Both the position numbers and the translations under genes were made by a program. A DNA stretch of 64,000 nt from an uncultured archaeon (GTDB lineage Archaea > Asgardarchaeota > Thorarchaeia > Thorarchaeales > Thorarchaeaceae). This document shows positions 36,528-47,336 of this stretch, in pieces. The notes under the pieces are model-generated. The model was not told where the DNA came from, did not search any database, and saw nothing but the letters and a program-made list of their open reading frames with translations. Location: contig CAYYQL010000004.1 in NCBI GenBank assembly GCA_964473825.1, positions 32,001-96,000 of the forward strand, in the 5' to 3' direction. Within the stretch, counting starts at the first letter, position 1. Each line of letters begins with the position of its first letter.

Positions 36528-36886
36528 CAGTATTCACATCCTTTCGTAGTAGTCCGCGGATATAACAGAATCTCTCCTCATCTAACCACGAACTATTCTA
36601 TCAGCATATATCATCTGCTAGTAGTTGTGTTCTATTACAATCACGGCTCGTTGCATTCAATTTATACCTTTCCTATTGACATCAAAGGATGTCGAAGTGT
36701 TTTTCGCTGTTTGGCTATCGGTTTATAAGCAAGGGACGGTTCCTAGTAAGCTGTACAATACGGATACTAGGGTGTTTTGCATCAATACAACGTCCATGAA
36801 GCAACTAGAGGTCCTATCAGTTCTTCCCTGCATTTGGCTGGTCGCTTTAGAACTTTCACGAAGCTGTCAAAGGACCACGAAATCTC

Positions 36887-39800
36887 TTAGTAGACTGTGA
36901 ATTGCTTCTTTTCAACTTCGAAGGCTCTTGATGGAAGCTGTCTTCCATACTGTGACATAACAACATCGAGGTAGAAGTTCGTAATAACATCAACAGGCGG
37001 GGTCGTCCAATCAATCTCTGTATGGAGTATTCCGTCGTTTAATGTGTCAAAGGGGATATGAAACTCAGCAGAAAGATCTCGCCGAGTCATAATTCTCAAG
37101 GAAATGTGAAGCTTGTCAAGATCAAGACTTCTTGAGATGATTTCTACGGCTATCTTCACAGGTGTTACACGGGGAACTAACCCGGGTATCGGTCTACCCC
37201 TTTCATCCCTCACATCGAGTTTGACCATGAAGACTGGATTATCGATAGCCTTCACTTTGAACTGTTTCTTGTGTGATGACTTGGAGTCTGCATAGTTAAG
37301 ATCAACTATCAGATGGGCTGTACTCATCTCCGCCGATATTGGTACCCTGAATTCCACGGGCAACAGGCTGAATCTATCTGGTTCCAAGAGAACCTCACGG
37401 GTCATCAATGGCTCTATTCCCACAACGGTTTCCAGCTTCACACTAACTTCAGCCCGCTCTGGATTCTCTGTCTGATTAATCAGGTGAATCACAGACGATA
37501 CCTTCTGATCTGGTTTCACAAAACTTGGAATCCCACTGAACGAGACTAGTGTTCTGGCCAAGGTTCTCTCCTTAAGCATAACGAACGCGCTTCGTCGGTC
37601 CAGAAGCATACCACCATATAGTATCTCTGCGATTATTTCGACTTGATTGCTTTCCGAGGCATCAGGCTCCGGGATTTCAAGGGGGCCAAAGGCAAGTGAC
37701 AGGTTTCTGGCTTGATTGACTGGCTGTTCGATTGCTAGAATGGGTTCAGACTCACTATAATTGAACCACAGCTTCAGTGTAGCCGGCTCGCCTTCTTCCA
37801 CGTTTCTGCGGATTCTTAACCATCCGCTGATCTCCTCACCAACTCTGGCTTGTTCTGGAATGCGGAGTGAGTCAATATTCATCAATACTCCTTGGTCACT
37901 AACCATGAATCGTTCTGATTCGGTGACAGAGACTTCTCGTGAGTCCTCCCAGAGAGTTGCTCTAATGACTCCGCTTCTAGCCTGGGGTGAACCTTCAAGC
38001 GCGGGAACTCGCCAATGAATTACCGCCGGTCTTTCCAAGGCATTTGACATTGAAGATGATTCGATCCTATGATTCTGTCCGGAATCTGCCACGAAGCTCA
38101 CATCAAGCTTTGCATCATCGAGTTTCTTTGTCCCCTGTGTTGTCATACTGAGCTCAATAGGGACTGTGTCTCCGGGATGTACTACCGTGCCAATGGTGGT
38201 GCTGAGTGAAATATGAACTGGTCTTCCAGTGAAGCCTACATAGAACGGCTTTGAGATATTTGAAGATATTCGCGTTCCTTGTCTGTCATCGATGGTCATC
38301 CTAAGACGACACCTTTCCACACCCTCTAATGCATCTGCGGGTATTATCAGGGGTGAAAAGTCGCTGCTGTGTAACAGAAGGATACCACTTCCACCCAGGA
38401 CCATCCTCTTTTGTGTTTGAGTAAGACTCATCTCCTTGGCAGGGGCGATAACTTCAATCGTCGAATCAATCTCAATAGGCGCAGGATAGTTGGTTTCGAT
38501 TTCTCCCTCAAAAAAGACCGGAGCTTTTCCGTCTGCGAATTGCGTGGTTGTTGTAGGTCGTAGGCTTGCTTTAACCCAATATGTATTGAGAGTCGCTGAT
38601 ACTGGGATTTCTCTTCCTGCCACTCCGACGTTGGCTATGACATTGTACGCAGTAATTCCTGGCCTCGTCTTGAAGGATACATCGATGATGTGGACCTCCC
38701 CGCTTTCTATCCTCGTTATAGGGTGTATATTTTGTGCGACGAGGTTCCTGTCAGAGTCTTCGACAGAATAGTTCACCCCAATCCCCGCAATCTCATGTTC
38801 GGATGAGTTCATCACGGTGATCTTGAACTCCGCCTCTTGACCTGCAAACACTCTGTCTCTGCCTACGACTATCTCAGGTTCGATGCCTTTCCACCAACAA
38901 AGCCATGTCGGGAGCTTGGGCATCCCCTCTAGTGGATCATATAGCCAGTTTGTACAGCATTCTCTCGTTATCTCGGCCAGCTTCTTGAGGAGAACAACCA
39001 TGTTGTTGTCGGACTGGGCGAAGACATCAAGCTGGAAATCAGCACCTGTTGTCTTGTTGGCAGTTGTTTCACTTCCAAAGACAGTGACAAAGAGTGGTTG
39101 CATGAATGGGTTGTCTATTAGTCCAAGTTCTTCGATTTCATCTCTGATGAGATAGAGCATCGATACTACTGCATCACCAATGAAACGGTTTCTCTTTGAG
39201 GAGTGCAGACGGCCTGATTCATCAATCTGTCTGTTATATACATCGATGAACTCGTTCGAGTCCTCGGATTCGGAAGTGTGAAAGGGTCCCCACATGCCAG
39301 CAACCACCGCGTTCTCACGATTGGCTGAGAGGCAGTCAGGCCCCACATCAGGAATCTCTACACCTCTTTCCACCATCCTCTTGGCCTTCAGTGCTAAGGC
39401 CTGCAGTAGCAACGCTATACCCACTCGCCGAGGAATCGAGAGTTGGGTGTCGAAGACTCGGAGTTCAATGGTATTATAGTCAGTAAACGGATACATGTCA
39501 ACCATGCGGGCAAAAGACCGGTTTACGTGCTTTGCAAATGCATCTTTGTCCGGTGTTCTCAGGTAGGGTATGAATTCGAACTGACTAGTTGGACCCAGCT
39601 GTGTGGTGTTCTTCAGAAGCCGAATTGACCTCTTGCATTTAGGAGCTCTCGTGTTACCCTCATCATCTAACTCAACCACATCTGTGGGCATCTTATTCTC
39701 GAAAGGCGAGTTTACTGACAGGGCGATCAGATGCGGAATGAAATTCCTAATCATATTGTACACGCCTATCTTCACATCAGGTGAAACCTCTGGACCAAGG

Positions 39801-40315
39801 ATGTGATGATGTTCTCCGAATGAGAGATTCTTCAGGTACTCTTGAGTGGGATTGAGGCCCGTGGAGACCATTATTGCCTGAGTGTCAGGTGGAATCGAAT
39901 CATAAGAGACCGCTATGAGCGTCTGTATCCACCAGGCGAGTTCTTCGATAGTTGTACAAGGCGGTGTGGCTATCTCTAGTATCCACGTGATTGAAGTGAC
40001 ATTGGGGTCATGGCCTATGAGGGTATAGTCCTTTACGATTCCGTTTGGTGCTTCATAGCTGGCAACAATTCTTGACCCCCTTTCGCCCTCTTCTGTCTGA
40101 GTTGACTGTTTGTACTTTCTCTTAACCGAAGCAATCTGAGCTGACTGAATTCGTTTGTCCAGGGTTCCTTTTGCACGGGACACCACTCTGTCGAAAACAC
40201 TAAGGATTTCTTCTCCCTGAATCCAGCTCCCATCGCGTTTTATGACCTGTAGCTCGACCTCAATTCCGTGGGGAAATGGAAGTTCCGTTTCTTCTTTCAT
40301 CATGGATGATTCCAT
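36887..40315 (-). CDS. Glutamate-cysteine ligase (GCS2)-fold carboxylate-amine ligase fused to multiple Ig-like domains
   Basis: GIEVELQV, LEIATPP, GLNP, GEHHHI, ALSVNSPF and TIELRVFD in the first ~470 aa; ~670 aa of beta-sandwich-type repeats follow; no signal peptide. Confidence 0.8.
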   Translation of the reverse strand: MESSMMKEETELPFPHGIEVELQVIKRDGSWIQGEEILSVFDRVVSRAKGTLDKRIQSAQIASVKRKYKQSTQTEEGERGSRIVASYEAPNGIVKDYTLIGHDPNVTSITWILEIATPPCTTIEELAWWIQTLIAVSYDSIPPDTQAIMVSTGLNPTQEYLKNLSFGEHHHILGPEVSPDVKIGVYNMIRNFIPHLIALSVNSPFENKMPTDVVELDDEGNTRAPKCKRSIRLLKNTTQLGPTSQFEFIPYLRTPDKDAFAKHVNRSFARMVDMYPFTDYNTIELRVFDTQLSIPRRVGIALLLQALALKAKRMVERGVEIPDVGPDCLSANRENAVVAGMWGPFHTSESEDSNEFIDVYNRQIDESGRLHSSKRNRFIGDAVVSMLYLIRDEIEELGLIDNPFMQPLFVTVFGSETTANKTTGADFQLDVFAQSDNNMVVLLKKLAEITRECCTNWLYDPLEGMPKLPTWLCWWKGIEPEIVVGRDRVFAGQEAEFKITVMNSSEHEIAGIGVNYSVEDSDRNLVAQNIHPITRIESGEVHIIDVSFKTRPGITAYNVIANVGVAGREIPVSATLNTYWVKASLRPTTTTQFADGKAPVFFEGEIETNYPAPIEIDSTIEVIAPAKEMSLTQTQKRMVLGGSGILLLHSSDFSPLIIPADALEGVERCRLRMTIDDRQGTRISSNISKPFYVGFTGRPVHISLSTTIGTVVHPGDTVPIELSMTTQGTKKLDDAKLDVSFVADSGQNHRIESSSMSNALERPAVIHWRVPALEGSPQARSGVIRATLWEDSREVSVTESERFMVSDQGVLMNIDSLRIPEQARVGEEISGWLRIRRNVEEGEPATLKLWFNYSESEPILAIEQPVNQARNLSLAFGPLEIPEPDASESNQVEIIAEILYGGMLLDRRSAFVMLKERTLARTLVSFSGIPSFVKPDQKVSSVIHLINQTENPERAEVSVKLETVVGIEPLMTREVLLEPDRFSLLPVEFRVPISAEMSTAHLIVDLNYADSKSSHKKQFKVKAIDNPVFMVKLDVRDERGRPIPGLVPRVTPVKIAVEIISRSLDLDKLHISLRIMTRRDLSAEFHIPFDTLNDGILHTEIDWTTPPVDVITNFYLDVVMSQYGRQLPSRAFEVEKKQFTVY

Positions 40316-41025
40316 CTGCCCACCCCGAGTTTGAACATCGCTGAAATCATTCCAGTCAGAATCTCTTCTTTGTATGTATATCGCAGGGGCAATGTAGCCT
40401 CCAAGACCATCTCTAAATTGGACATGTTCATTACCGAGATTAGGTCATGGGTGAGTCTACCTCCTCCATAGAGCCCCGCGTCCTTGTAGACTGTGACTCC
40501 GATTTCCTCTAGCTTTGAAGTTATGTCTTTCATCAAGTCGTCCGTGATGTGAATGTACCGCTCGCCAACAACTATGGATTCCGCATTCCCCATTGCATCA
40601 ATGCTGTGCGACCATGTAAGAACAGCAATCCTGCATTTCCTCGCTTCTCCTAGGATTGACTTTGCAGTGTAGGGAATTCTTGTGATGCTGTTTGATAATC
40701 CATCTCTCTGATTGACAAGGATGAGTGATGGAAATCCCGTGGACTTTTGCCGAATTCGTGTCAGGGCATCCCAAAGCGGGTCTGGTTGGGCTCTTGCAAG
40801 AACACAGATGAGCGAGTCTGATTTGCCTGCCTGGAAAGATCCCTCGTCATCGAGTCTCTTGGCTTGAGCATGGCTTTCTAGTTTGCGGACCAGTGTGCGA
40901 ATATGTGCGACTCTCTGGGTAAGACCTTGTGTGATGCTTAAGACCTCTGAAATTTTCTCACTGATGTTCCTGGGCTTCGGGGAGTTCATTGCAATCCTAC
41001 CAGTAGAAACTGTCACATCCATCAC
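40300..41025 (-). CDS. Divergent N-formylglutamate amidohydrolase-like (Zn-exopeptidase fold) protein
   Basis: VLTWSHS...IVVG...LEEIGVTV...YGGGRLT...LEATLPLR resembles the FGase pattern (D.HS, I.LG, PF.GG.IT, Q.EI); overlaps the ligase start. Confidence 0.5.
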   Translation of the reverse strand: MMDVTVSTGRIAMNSPKPRNISEKISEVLSITQGLTQRVAHIRTLVRKLESHAQAKRLDDEGSFQAGKSDSLICVLARAQPDPLWDALTRIRQKSTGFPSLILVNQRDGLSNSITRIPYTAKSILGEARKCRIAVLTWSHSIDAMGNAESIVVGERYIHITDDLMKDITSKLEEIGVTVYKDAGLYGGGRLTHDLISVMNMSNLEMVLEATLPLRYTYKEEILTGMISAMFKLGVGRWNHP

Positions 41026-41080
41026 TAGTCATGATTATAGTGATATTATACTTGCTGCGCCATCTTCTGGGTGACAGTTC

Positions 41081-41509
41081 CTAGTCTCTTGCTACTTGTT
41101 GGTAGACTTCTTTGCATTTTCCGCTTGTTTCTCTTAGCCGATACCAGACGGACTCGCGGCCCTCTCTTCGAGAGATTCTCTTGATTAGTATCTCGTATTC
41201 GAAGTTGACTAGATCGCGAAGTAGGTTCATCGCCTCTTCGTTCTGGAAGTGACTCTCATTTACTCTTCCATCTCTGACACGAATAGCTAATGGCTTGAGT
41301 GATTTTTCTGCGGAGTCGAGCTCTATCAAGGCCCTGCGATATCTATCGGCTGGATCCTCCATTCCATACCCACCTACAAGTGGTGTCATTCCAGTACCGA
41401 TCGAGCCGCGTCCTATCTCATCAAGGGCGTCCATTGCATTCTGAAAATGGTCGTAGGCATCTGAGAGGCATATCCTGATTGCCTTCAAGATTACTTGACG
41501 TTCGCTCAT
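41081..41509 (-). CDS. Hypothetical helical protein
   Basis: 142 aa ORF with protein-like composition. Confidence 0.65.
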   Translation of the reverse strand: MSERQVILKAIRICLSDAYDHFQNAMDALDEIGRGSIGTGMTPLVGGYGMEDPADRYRRALIELDSAEKSLKPLAIRVRDGRVNESHFQNEEAMNLLRDLVNFEYEILIKRISRREGRESVWYRLRETSGKCKEVYQQVARD

Positions 41510-41522
41510 TTTGTTGCACCAC

Positions 41523-41567
41523 GGAAGAAGAAGAATAGAGGTGACAGCGTGGCCTCTGTCACCATCT
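41523..41567 (-). terminator. Hairpin plus pyrimidine tract after the ABC ATPase
   Basis: Minus strand GGTGACAG-AGGCCACG-CTGTCACC then TCTATTCTTCTTCTTCC. Confidence 0.55.
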
Positions 41568-41579
41568 TATTTCTCTATA

Positions 41580-42641
41580 CTAGAACTGGGGGGCGTCCTC
41601 AAGCTCACCTGCGAAGTGACAGGCCGCAAAATGGCCGTCGCCCATATCTCTGTCCTCGGGCATCTCTCGCACACAGATTTCCTGCGCATACGGGCACCGG
41701 GGGTGAAAGCGACAACCAGATGGAACGTTGATTGGGCTTGGTGGTTCTCCCTTGAGAGATTCCACACGTCGCTTCACAGTTGGGTCACCAGACGGGACTG
41801 CAGATATGAGCGCCCGAGTGTAGGGGTGATATGCGTTGAAGGCAACTTCGTGCGCGGGTCCCAACTCCACGAGCTTCCCAAGGTACATGATTCCGATTCT
41901 GTCTGCGATATATGTTGCGACAGCCAGGTCGTGGGTGATGAAGAGGTATGTCAGACCCATTTCCTTTCTGAGATCCAGCAGGAGGTTCAGAATCTCTGCA
42001 CGAATGGATACATCAAGCATCGAAACTGGCTCATCCGCAACCATGAACTCTGGATGAAGGATGAGCGCTCGGGCCGTTGAAATCCTCTGTCGCTGACCCC
42101 CTGAAAGCTCGTGGGGATAGCGATCGATATAGTCTTCTGCCGGTGTTAGTGCAACACTTTCGAGAGCCTCAAGTACCCTCTCTCTTCGCTGACTTGGAGT
42201 AAGCGGAAGTTTGTGTACAGACAGTGGTTCTGCCACTATGCTGTAGATGCTCTGTTTTGGATTCAGCGACTCATAAGGATCTTGGAACGTGATCTGCATC
42301 CTCTTGCGAAGCTCCTTCATCTCATTCCGGTCAAGCTCGTCTAGGCTCTGTCCTGCGTAGATGACTTCTCCATCAGTTGGTTCTTCAAGATAGAGAATGG
42401 TGCGTCCTGCTGTGGTCTTGCCGCATCCTGACTCACCTGCAAGTACGAGAATCTCTCCCTTCTTGATATCAAGAGTTATTCCGTCGACTGCACGTACATA
42501 GAGTTCCTGTTTATAGAGCAGCGATGACAGGAATCCTGTGTTGACAGGGAACCATTTTGTCAGGTTTCGTATCTCGATGAGGGGCTCCCCTTCCGAAACA
42601 TCTGCTAGTCCTGTGAGGTGTCTACTTTCTTGCAATGTCAT
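41580..42641 (-). CDS. oppF: Oligopeptide/dipeptide ABC transporter ATP-binding protein
   Basis: GESGCGKT, LSGGQRQR, VADEPVSMLD and GCRFHPRC. Confidence 0.93.
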   Translation of the reverse strand: MTLQESRHLTGLADVSEGEPLIEIRNLTKWFPVNTGFLSSLLYKQELYVRAVDGITLDIKKGEILVLAGESGCGKTTAGRTILYLEEPTDGEVIYAGQSLDELDRNEMKELRKRMQITFQDPYESLNPKQSIYSIVAEPLSVHKLPLTPSQRRERVLEALESVALTPAEDYIDRYPHELSGGQRQRISTARALILHPEFMVADEPVSMLDVSIRAEILNLLLDLRKEMGLTYLFITHDLAVATYIADRIGIMYLGKLVELGPAHEVAFNAYHPYTRALISAVPSGDPTVKRRVESLKGEPPSPINVPSGCRFHPRCPYAQEICVREMPEDRDMGDGHFAACHFAGELEDAPQF

Positions 42642-42647
42642 CTTTCA

Positions 42648-43637
42648 TCACTCCAGATCTACCGTCAATTGACCCTTGAGCTTCTCAGCAAAGTGGCATG
42701 AAACCCACCTACCTGGGTCAACCTCATCAAATGAGGGCTCTTCACGCGTACAGATTTCCTGCGCGTAAGGGCACCTAGGATGGAATCTACAACCAGTTGG
42801 CGGGTCTATGAGGTCAGGAGGTATGCCCGGAATAGACGTGAGTGTCTTCTTCTCCGCTTTCACCATGCTTGGAATCGCACCAACAAGGCCAGTTGCGTAG
42901 GGATGTATTGGATCCTTGTATACTGAAACGACATCTGCGAGTTCTGCGATACGTCCTGCATACATGATTGCCGTCTTATCACAGGTCTCTGCAATAACGC
43001 TAAGGTCATGAGTAATCAGAATCAATGAGAGGCCAAGGTCTTTCTGTAGCTTCTGCATGAGCTTCAGAATCTGTGCCTGGATTGTGACGTCAAGCGCAGT
43101 AGTTGGCTCGTCTGCAATCACAAGGTCCGGATTGCATGCCAGAGCCATAGCAATCATGGCTCGTTGACGCATTCCTCCTGAGAACTCGTGTGGATAGTTA
43201 TGTATCCTTCCTGGGTCCAGACCGACCATCTCGAAGAGTTTGGCGCATCTGTCAAGCGCCTCTTCTTCTGTCACATTCTCGTGCATCAAAATGGCCTCGG
43301 CAATCTGCTCGCCGATTTCGAACACAGGATTGAGTGCGTTCATTGCGCCTTGGAAGACTATGGCCACATTTTTCCATCTGATGTCTCGCATCTCTCTTGC
43401 ACTTTTGCGCAGTAGGTCTTCTCCCTTGAAGTAGACGTTTCCACCGACAATGTTGGCAGCCGGCGGTAGCAGCTGCATGATCGAATATGCAAGACTGCTC
43501 TTTCCACACCCGCTCTCTCCTGCAAGTCCAAGAGACTCGCCTGATTCAAGCTGAAGGGAGACGTTGTCTACTGCTTTTACCAGACCCCTCTGGGTCTGAT
43601 AATACATGCGCAGGTTCCTAATATCTAACAATGGCAT
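42648..43637 (-). CDS. oppD: Oligopeptide/dipeptide ABC transporter ATP-binding protein
   Basis: [26 protein letters not shown] and GCRFHPRC. Confidence 0.93.
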   Translation of the reverse strand: MPLLDIRNLRMYYQTQRGLVKAVDNVSLQLESGESLGLAGESGCGKSSLAYSIMQLLPPAANIVGGNVYFKGEDLLRKSAREMRDIRWKNVAIVFQGAMNALNPVFEIGEQIAEAILMHENVTEEEALDRCAKLFEMVGLDPGRIHNYPHEFSGGMRQRAMIAMALACNPDLVIADEPTTALDVTIQAQILKLMQKLQKDLGLSLILITHDLSVIAETCDKTAIMYAGRIAELADVVSVYKDPIHPYATGLVGAIPSMVKAEKKTLTSIPGIPPDLIDPPTGCRFHPRCPYAQEICTREEPSFDEVDPGRWVSCHFAEKLKGQLTVDLE

Positions 43638-43951
43638 GATACTGATCTCCGCCGGAGCTTCTCTAGTCCGGGTCTGTTCGTTACCCTTCGAGCTGAGGTT
43701 CCTCTTGAGTGGGCTTAAATATGTTGCTTTCTAAGAGAGCGACGACATCGAGGTACCTGCTCAAGTACGGACCTGTGCTATTTTGTTTATAGTGTTGAGG
43801 TATGGGAAATCATGACGGGAACCTAGTACACGAAAATGCAGGCACTCATGAACGCCTTCTGTCCATGAGCCGGCAATCCCGCCGACCAGACGATACCGGA
43901 TGGCACAGGTCGAAAACATGAAAAGCCCTCGGTTGGTTTCTAGGAATTGCA

Positions 43952-44281
43952 GTGATTCCGATGTCTGTGAGGTCGTTTCCTGAAAACAGAGATGAACCAA
44001 GAAAGCGGGTTCTCCTTATACCTGTGATTTTACTGGTTGGCGGCGGACTTTTGATGTGGCTTCACCCGGTGCTATCAACTGGATTCATCGGGGCCGTTGT
44101 TGCCCTCACGGGGGTCATGTCAATCTTCTTGGTGGGCATGGTCTACGCTGATTTGTGGGTGGCGCATCGCAGGACGAAGCAGATGATCAAAGAGCGTCAG
44201 GCCTCGTTTCAAGAAGAAGAGTCTGACGCAATGGATGACTATGACCCATTCATGGACAAGCTTGAAGATGAGAGCGAATGA
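43952..44281 (+). CDS. Small 2-TM membrane protein with acidic tail
   Basis: Two hydrophobic helices, acidic C-terminus. Confidence 0.6.
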   Translation: MIPMSVRSFPENRDEPRKRVLLIPVILLVGGGLLMWLHPVLSTGFIGAVVALTGVMSIFLVGMVYADLWVAHRRTKQMIKERQASFQEEESDAMDDYDPFMDKLEDESE

Positions 44282-44448
44282 GATACAATAGGCAATGGTT
44301 TTATCAAATATACGCAGACCATGACCTTTTTTAGGGTTTTCTTGCGGGTTTTGATATCGGAAGAATAAGTGAAAGGAGCGATTCTCACTGATTCGGGATG
44401 TAGATTTCCGGACTCGAGGTTGTCGTTCCTGAAAACGGAGGTCAGTGT

Positions 44449-46023
44449 TTGTCCCAAAAAACCGAAAAGAGTTGGAAAGACAGCAATTGGTATGTAAGCA
44501 TTACAGGTTTCTGGAAGGAGTATAGAAAACACCGCATGGGAATTATTGGTCTTGCTATAATAGCCCTTTATGTTGGGATTGCCGTCGGTGCTCCCTTGAT
44601 TGCCCCATACGACCCATCTCCGAGCAACAAGATTGCCCCAAGTTTTCTTGCTCCTGGGTGGATGCAGGTCTTCGATCCTACAGGTGTGCAGTCTGGCGAG
44701 TTTCTACCTGATACCAATATCACAAACCCGAATGAGAACTCCGTAGAGGTCTTCGGGAGCGATACGTACGGCGCAGGATCGTCTTTTGAGGCAGCGCACA
44801 ACTCAGAAGAGAACTACATGGATCTCACGTGGAACCATCAAGCCGGAGACAATCCTGGGTTCATCATTATGCCCGACAGTGATATGCCTGATACTGAGAA
44901 CTTCATCTACTTCTACCAGGAGTTCGAATGGTTGTTCAACGGACTTCCTTCGGATGGCAATCTCACTCTTGAACTATCGGTCAAGCTGGAGGGCTCTTTC
45001 GCAAATGAATCATCTGGCGGTCTGATGTTCAAGATATATGTCTGGTTCATTGACCCCTCTGGCAACTTCAGAAAGGTATACGATTCATCACCCCCCTACC
45101 GCGAAGATTGGATACAGCGAAGGATTGGCATCAACTACTTCGACATAGCTGAGGTATTCGGCGGAATGGTTCCCGATGAAGAAGGGAACATCGAGGATCC
45201 TGACAGGATTGTCAGATTCGCTGTGGGTATTGCACCCACGAGAAACTTCCGATTCTTTGATAGCAGGTATCCGTATCAAGAATACAGTGGGTCTGTTAAA
45301 GTAAGTGTCCGTAGGGTAGGCGCAATAATATATGGGAACTACTTCGGGATTCTCGGTACTACTGACAAGGGCGCCGATGCGTTCAGTCAGTTGATTTACG
45401 GGGCACAGATATCACTTATCATAGGCGTTCTCGCAACTGGTCTCTCCACGGCTGTTGGTGTAATTGTTGGAATGACTGCAGGATACTTCGGTGGAAAGGT
45501 CGATGAGGCTTTGATGAGAGTTGTTGACTTCCTCTTGGTCATTCCAGGATTGCCCCTGATGATGGTCCTTGCGGCCTTTCTGGGCCCAAGCATCGGAAAT
45601 ATCATCCTTGTGATCTCTATTCTGGGGTGGACAGGGACCTCAAGGTTGATACGCTCACAGGTGCTTGCAGAGAAGAACAAGGCCTACGTTGAATCTGCGA
45701 GAGCAATAGGCGCGTCGGATACGTACATAATATTCCGACACATCTTACCAAACGTAACTCCAATCCTCTTTGCAAACATCACACTCGGTGTTGTTGGAGC
45801 AATCCTATCAGAAGCAGGTCTCTCATTCCTCGGTCTCACTGACCCCAGTGTGGCCAGTTGGGGGCGAATGCTGGCTGATGCCCGAGACTCTGGAGGGTTC
45901 AGCAGCGGTGCATGGTGGGTTGTCGTCTTCCCAGGAATGATGATCACCGCGTTGTCACTGGCTTTCACCTTCGTAGGGCATACCCTGGATCAAGTACTGA
46001 ATCCACGACTTCGGGAGCGATAA
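44449..46023 (+). CDS. oppC: Oligopeptide ABC permease (OppC/DppC) with large extracellular insert
   Basis: LGTTDKGAD, YVESARAIGAS (EAA loop), HILPN, LSFLGL and SWG. Confidence 0.9.
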   Translation: MSQKTEKSWKDSNWYVSITGFWKEYRKHRMGIIGLAIIALYVGIAVGAPLIAPYDPSPSNKIAPSFLAPGWMQVFDPTGVQSGEFLPDTNITNPNENSVEVFGSDTYGAGSSFEAAHNSEENYMDLTWNHQAGDNPGFIIMPDSDMPDTENFIYFYQEFEWLFNGLPSDGNLTLELSVKLEGSFANESSGGLMFKIYVWFIDPSGNFRKVYDSSPPYREDWIQRRIGINYFDIAEVFGGMVPDEEGNIEDPDRIVRFAVGIAPTRNFRFFDSRYPYQEYSGSVKVSVRRVGAIIYGNYFGILGTTDKGADAFSQLIYGAQISLIIGVLATGLSTAVGVIVGMTAGYFGGKVDEALMRVVDFLLVIPGLPLMMVLAAFLGPSIGNIILVISILGWTGTSRLIRSQVLAEKNKAYVESARAIGASDTYIIFRHILPNVTPILFANITLGVVGAILSEAGLSFLGLTDPSVASWGRMLADARDSGGFSSGAWWVVVFPGMMITALSLAFTFVGHTLDQVLNPRLRER

Positions 46024-46033
46024 GGCTCTTCAC

Positions 46034-46080
46034 GGAAGAGAGGTCACTATGACCTGTCTTCCTTCTTCCTTTTCTTGTTT
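46034..46080 (+). terminator. Hairpin plus pyrimidine tract after oppC
   Basis: GGAAGAGAGGTCA-CTA-TGACCTGTCTTCC then TTCTTCCTTTTCTTGTTT. Confidence 0.6.
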
Positions 46081-46268
46081 GATTCTTCACTTCGGGTTGT
46101 CAAGAATGAAATGAGAACCCTAGACTCTGAAGACTCTCGTGTTCTAAGGTGATTGTGTGCAAACACAGCTTGTAATCGCCCAGAGCATTAGGCTTATATT
46201 GTGGAAGAGTGGTGACTTAACTAGCTACGCTACTTAGTGATACTAGGTACTTAAACAACTATACTGAA

Positions 46269-47336
46269 GTGATTAGAACCATGGGATTAAGAGAGTATGT
46301 AATTAGACGGTCCATCTACATGTTCCTGCTTGTAGTTGCTGTGGTGTGTTTCAACTTCTTCCTCTTCAGACTCCCCACATTTATACTCGGCATCAGCCCT
46401 GTAGACCTCATGATCGATGACAATCTCAGGCGGAATCTCACGAGGCAGGCGCTGGAAGAGCTCTACTTTCGATTCGGTCTGGTTCCCGACCCTGATATGT
46501 TTGATTGGATCTACATGTTTTGGCGCTATCTTGTCAACATGTTCACCGGCAACTTCGGTGTTTCATTTGTCAGTCAGAAGCCTGTTATCGATGAAATAAT
46601 GCTGAGGCTTCCAAACACACTCCTACTCATGGGCACCTCGTCCATTGTTGCTATCATTTTGGGTATCTGGACTGGAGTGAGGGTGGCTGCCGACCCCGGC
46701 TCCCGAAAGGATGTCAGTGCCGTCACTGTGGCATTGTTTATCTACGCGCTGCCCGTCTTCTGGATGGGAATGATGTTGTTAATGGTATTCTCATTCTATC
46801 TGAATACCGTCACTGGTGGTTTGATTGGCTTTCCTCTGAAAGGGACAATAGATCCTTACCTGTGGTTGGAAGTAAAAGCCTCAAACAATCCCTTCGGAGG
46901 GATAATCATGGCGTTCGACATCCTCCATCATCTCTTCTTGCCGATGATCACTCTAGGTGTTGGTGGATATGGTGGATACTTCCTATATATGCGCAACAAT
47001 CTCATTGACGTAATGACGGAGGACTACATCCTCACAGCACGTGCAAAGGGCCTTGATGAGAATCAAGTGCTGTACAAGCATGGCCTAAAGAATGCCCTTC
47101 TGCCCATGGTGACTATAATCGCAATGACCTTTGGATTCTTGATCAATGGGGCGACGCTTACAGAAACGGTGTTCAACTGGAATGGGTTGGGGCGTTTCAT
47201 ATTCCGAAGTCTCTTCCGTCTGGACTACCCAGTTGTACAGGCAATCTTCATGATCATTGCTATCACCGCTATCTTGGCCAACTTCGTGGCGGACTTGCTT
47301 TACGGAGTACTTGATCCAAGAATCAAGTACGGGTAG
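46269..47336 (+). CDS. oppB: Oligopeptide ABC permease (OppB/DppB)
   Basis: RLPNTL, PVFWMG, EDYILTARAKGL, TETVFNWNGLG and DPRI. Confidence 0.92.
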   Translation: MIRTMGLREYVIRRSIYMFLLVVAVVCFNFFLFRLPTFILGISPVDLMIDDNLRRNLTRQALEELYFRFGLVPDPDMFDWIYMFWRYLVNMFTGNFGVSFVSQKPVIDEIMLRLPNTLLLMGTSSIVAIILGIWTGVRVAADPGSRKDVSAVTVALFIYALPVFWMGMMLLMVFSFYLNTVTGGLIGFPLKGTIDPYLWLEVKASNNPFGGIIMAFDILHHLFLPMITLGVGGYGGYFLYMRNNLIDVMTEDYILTARAKGLDENQVLYKHGLKNALLPMVTIIAMTFGFLINGATLTETVFNWNGLGRFIFRSLFRLDYPVVQAIFMIIAITAILANFVADLLYGVLDPRIKYG

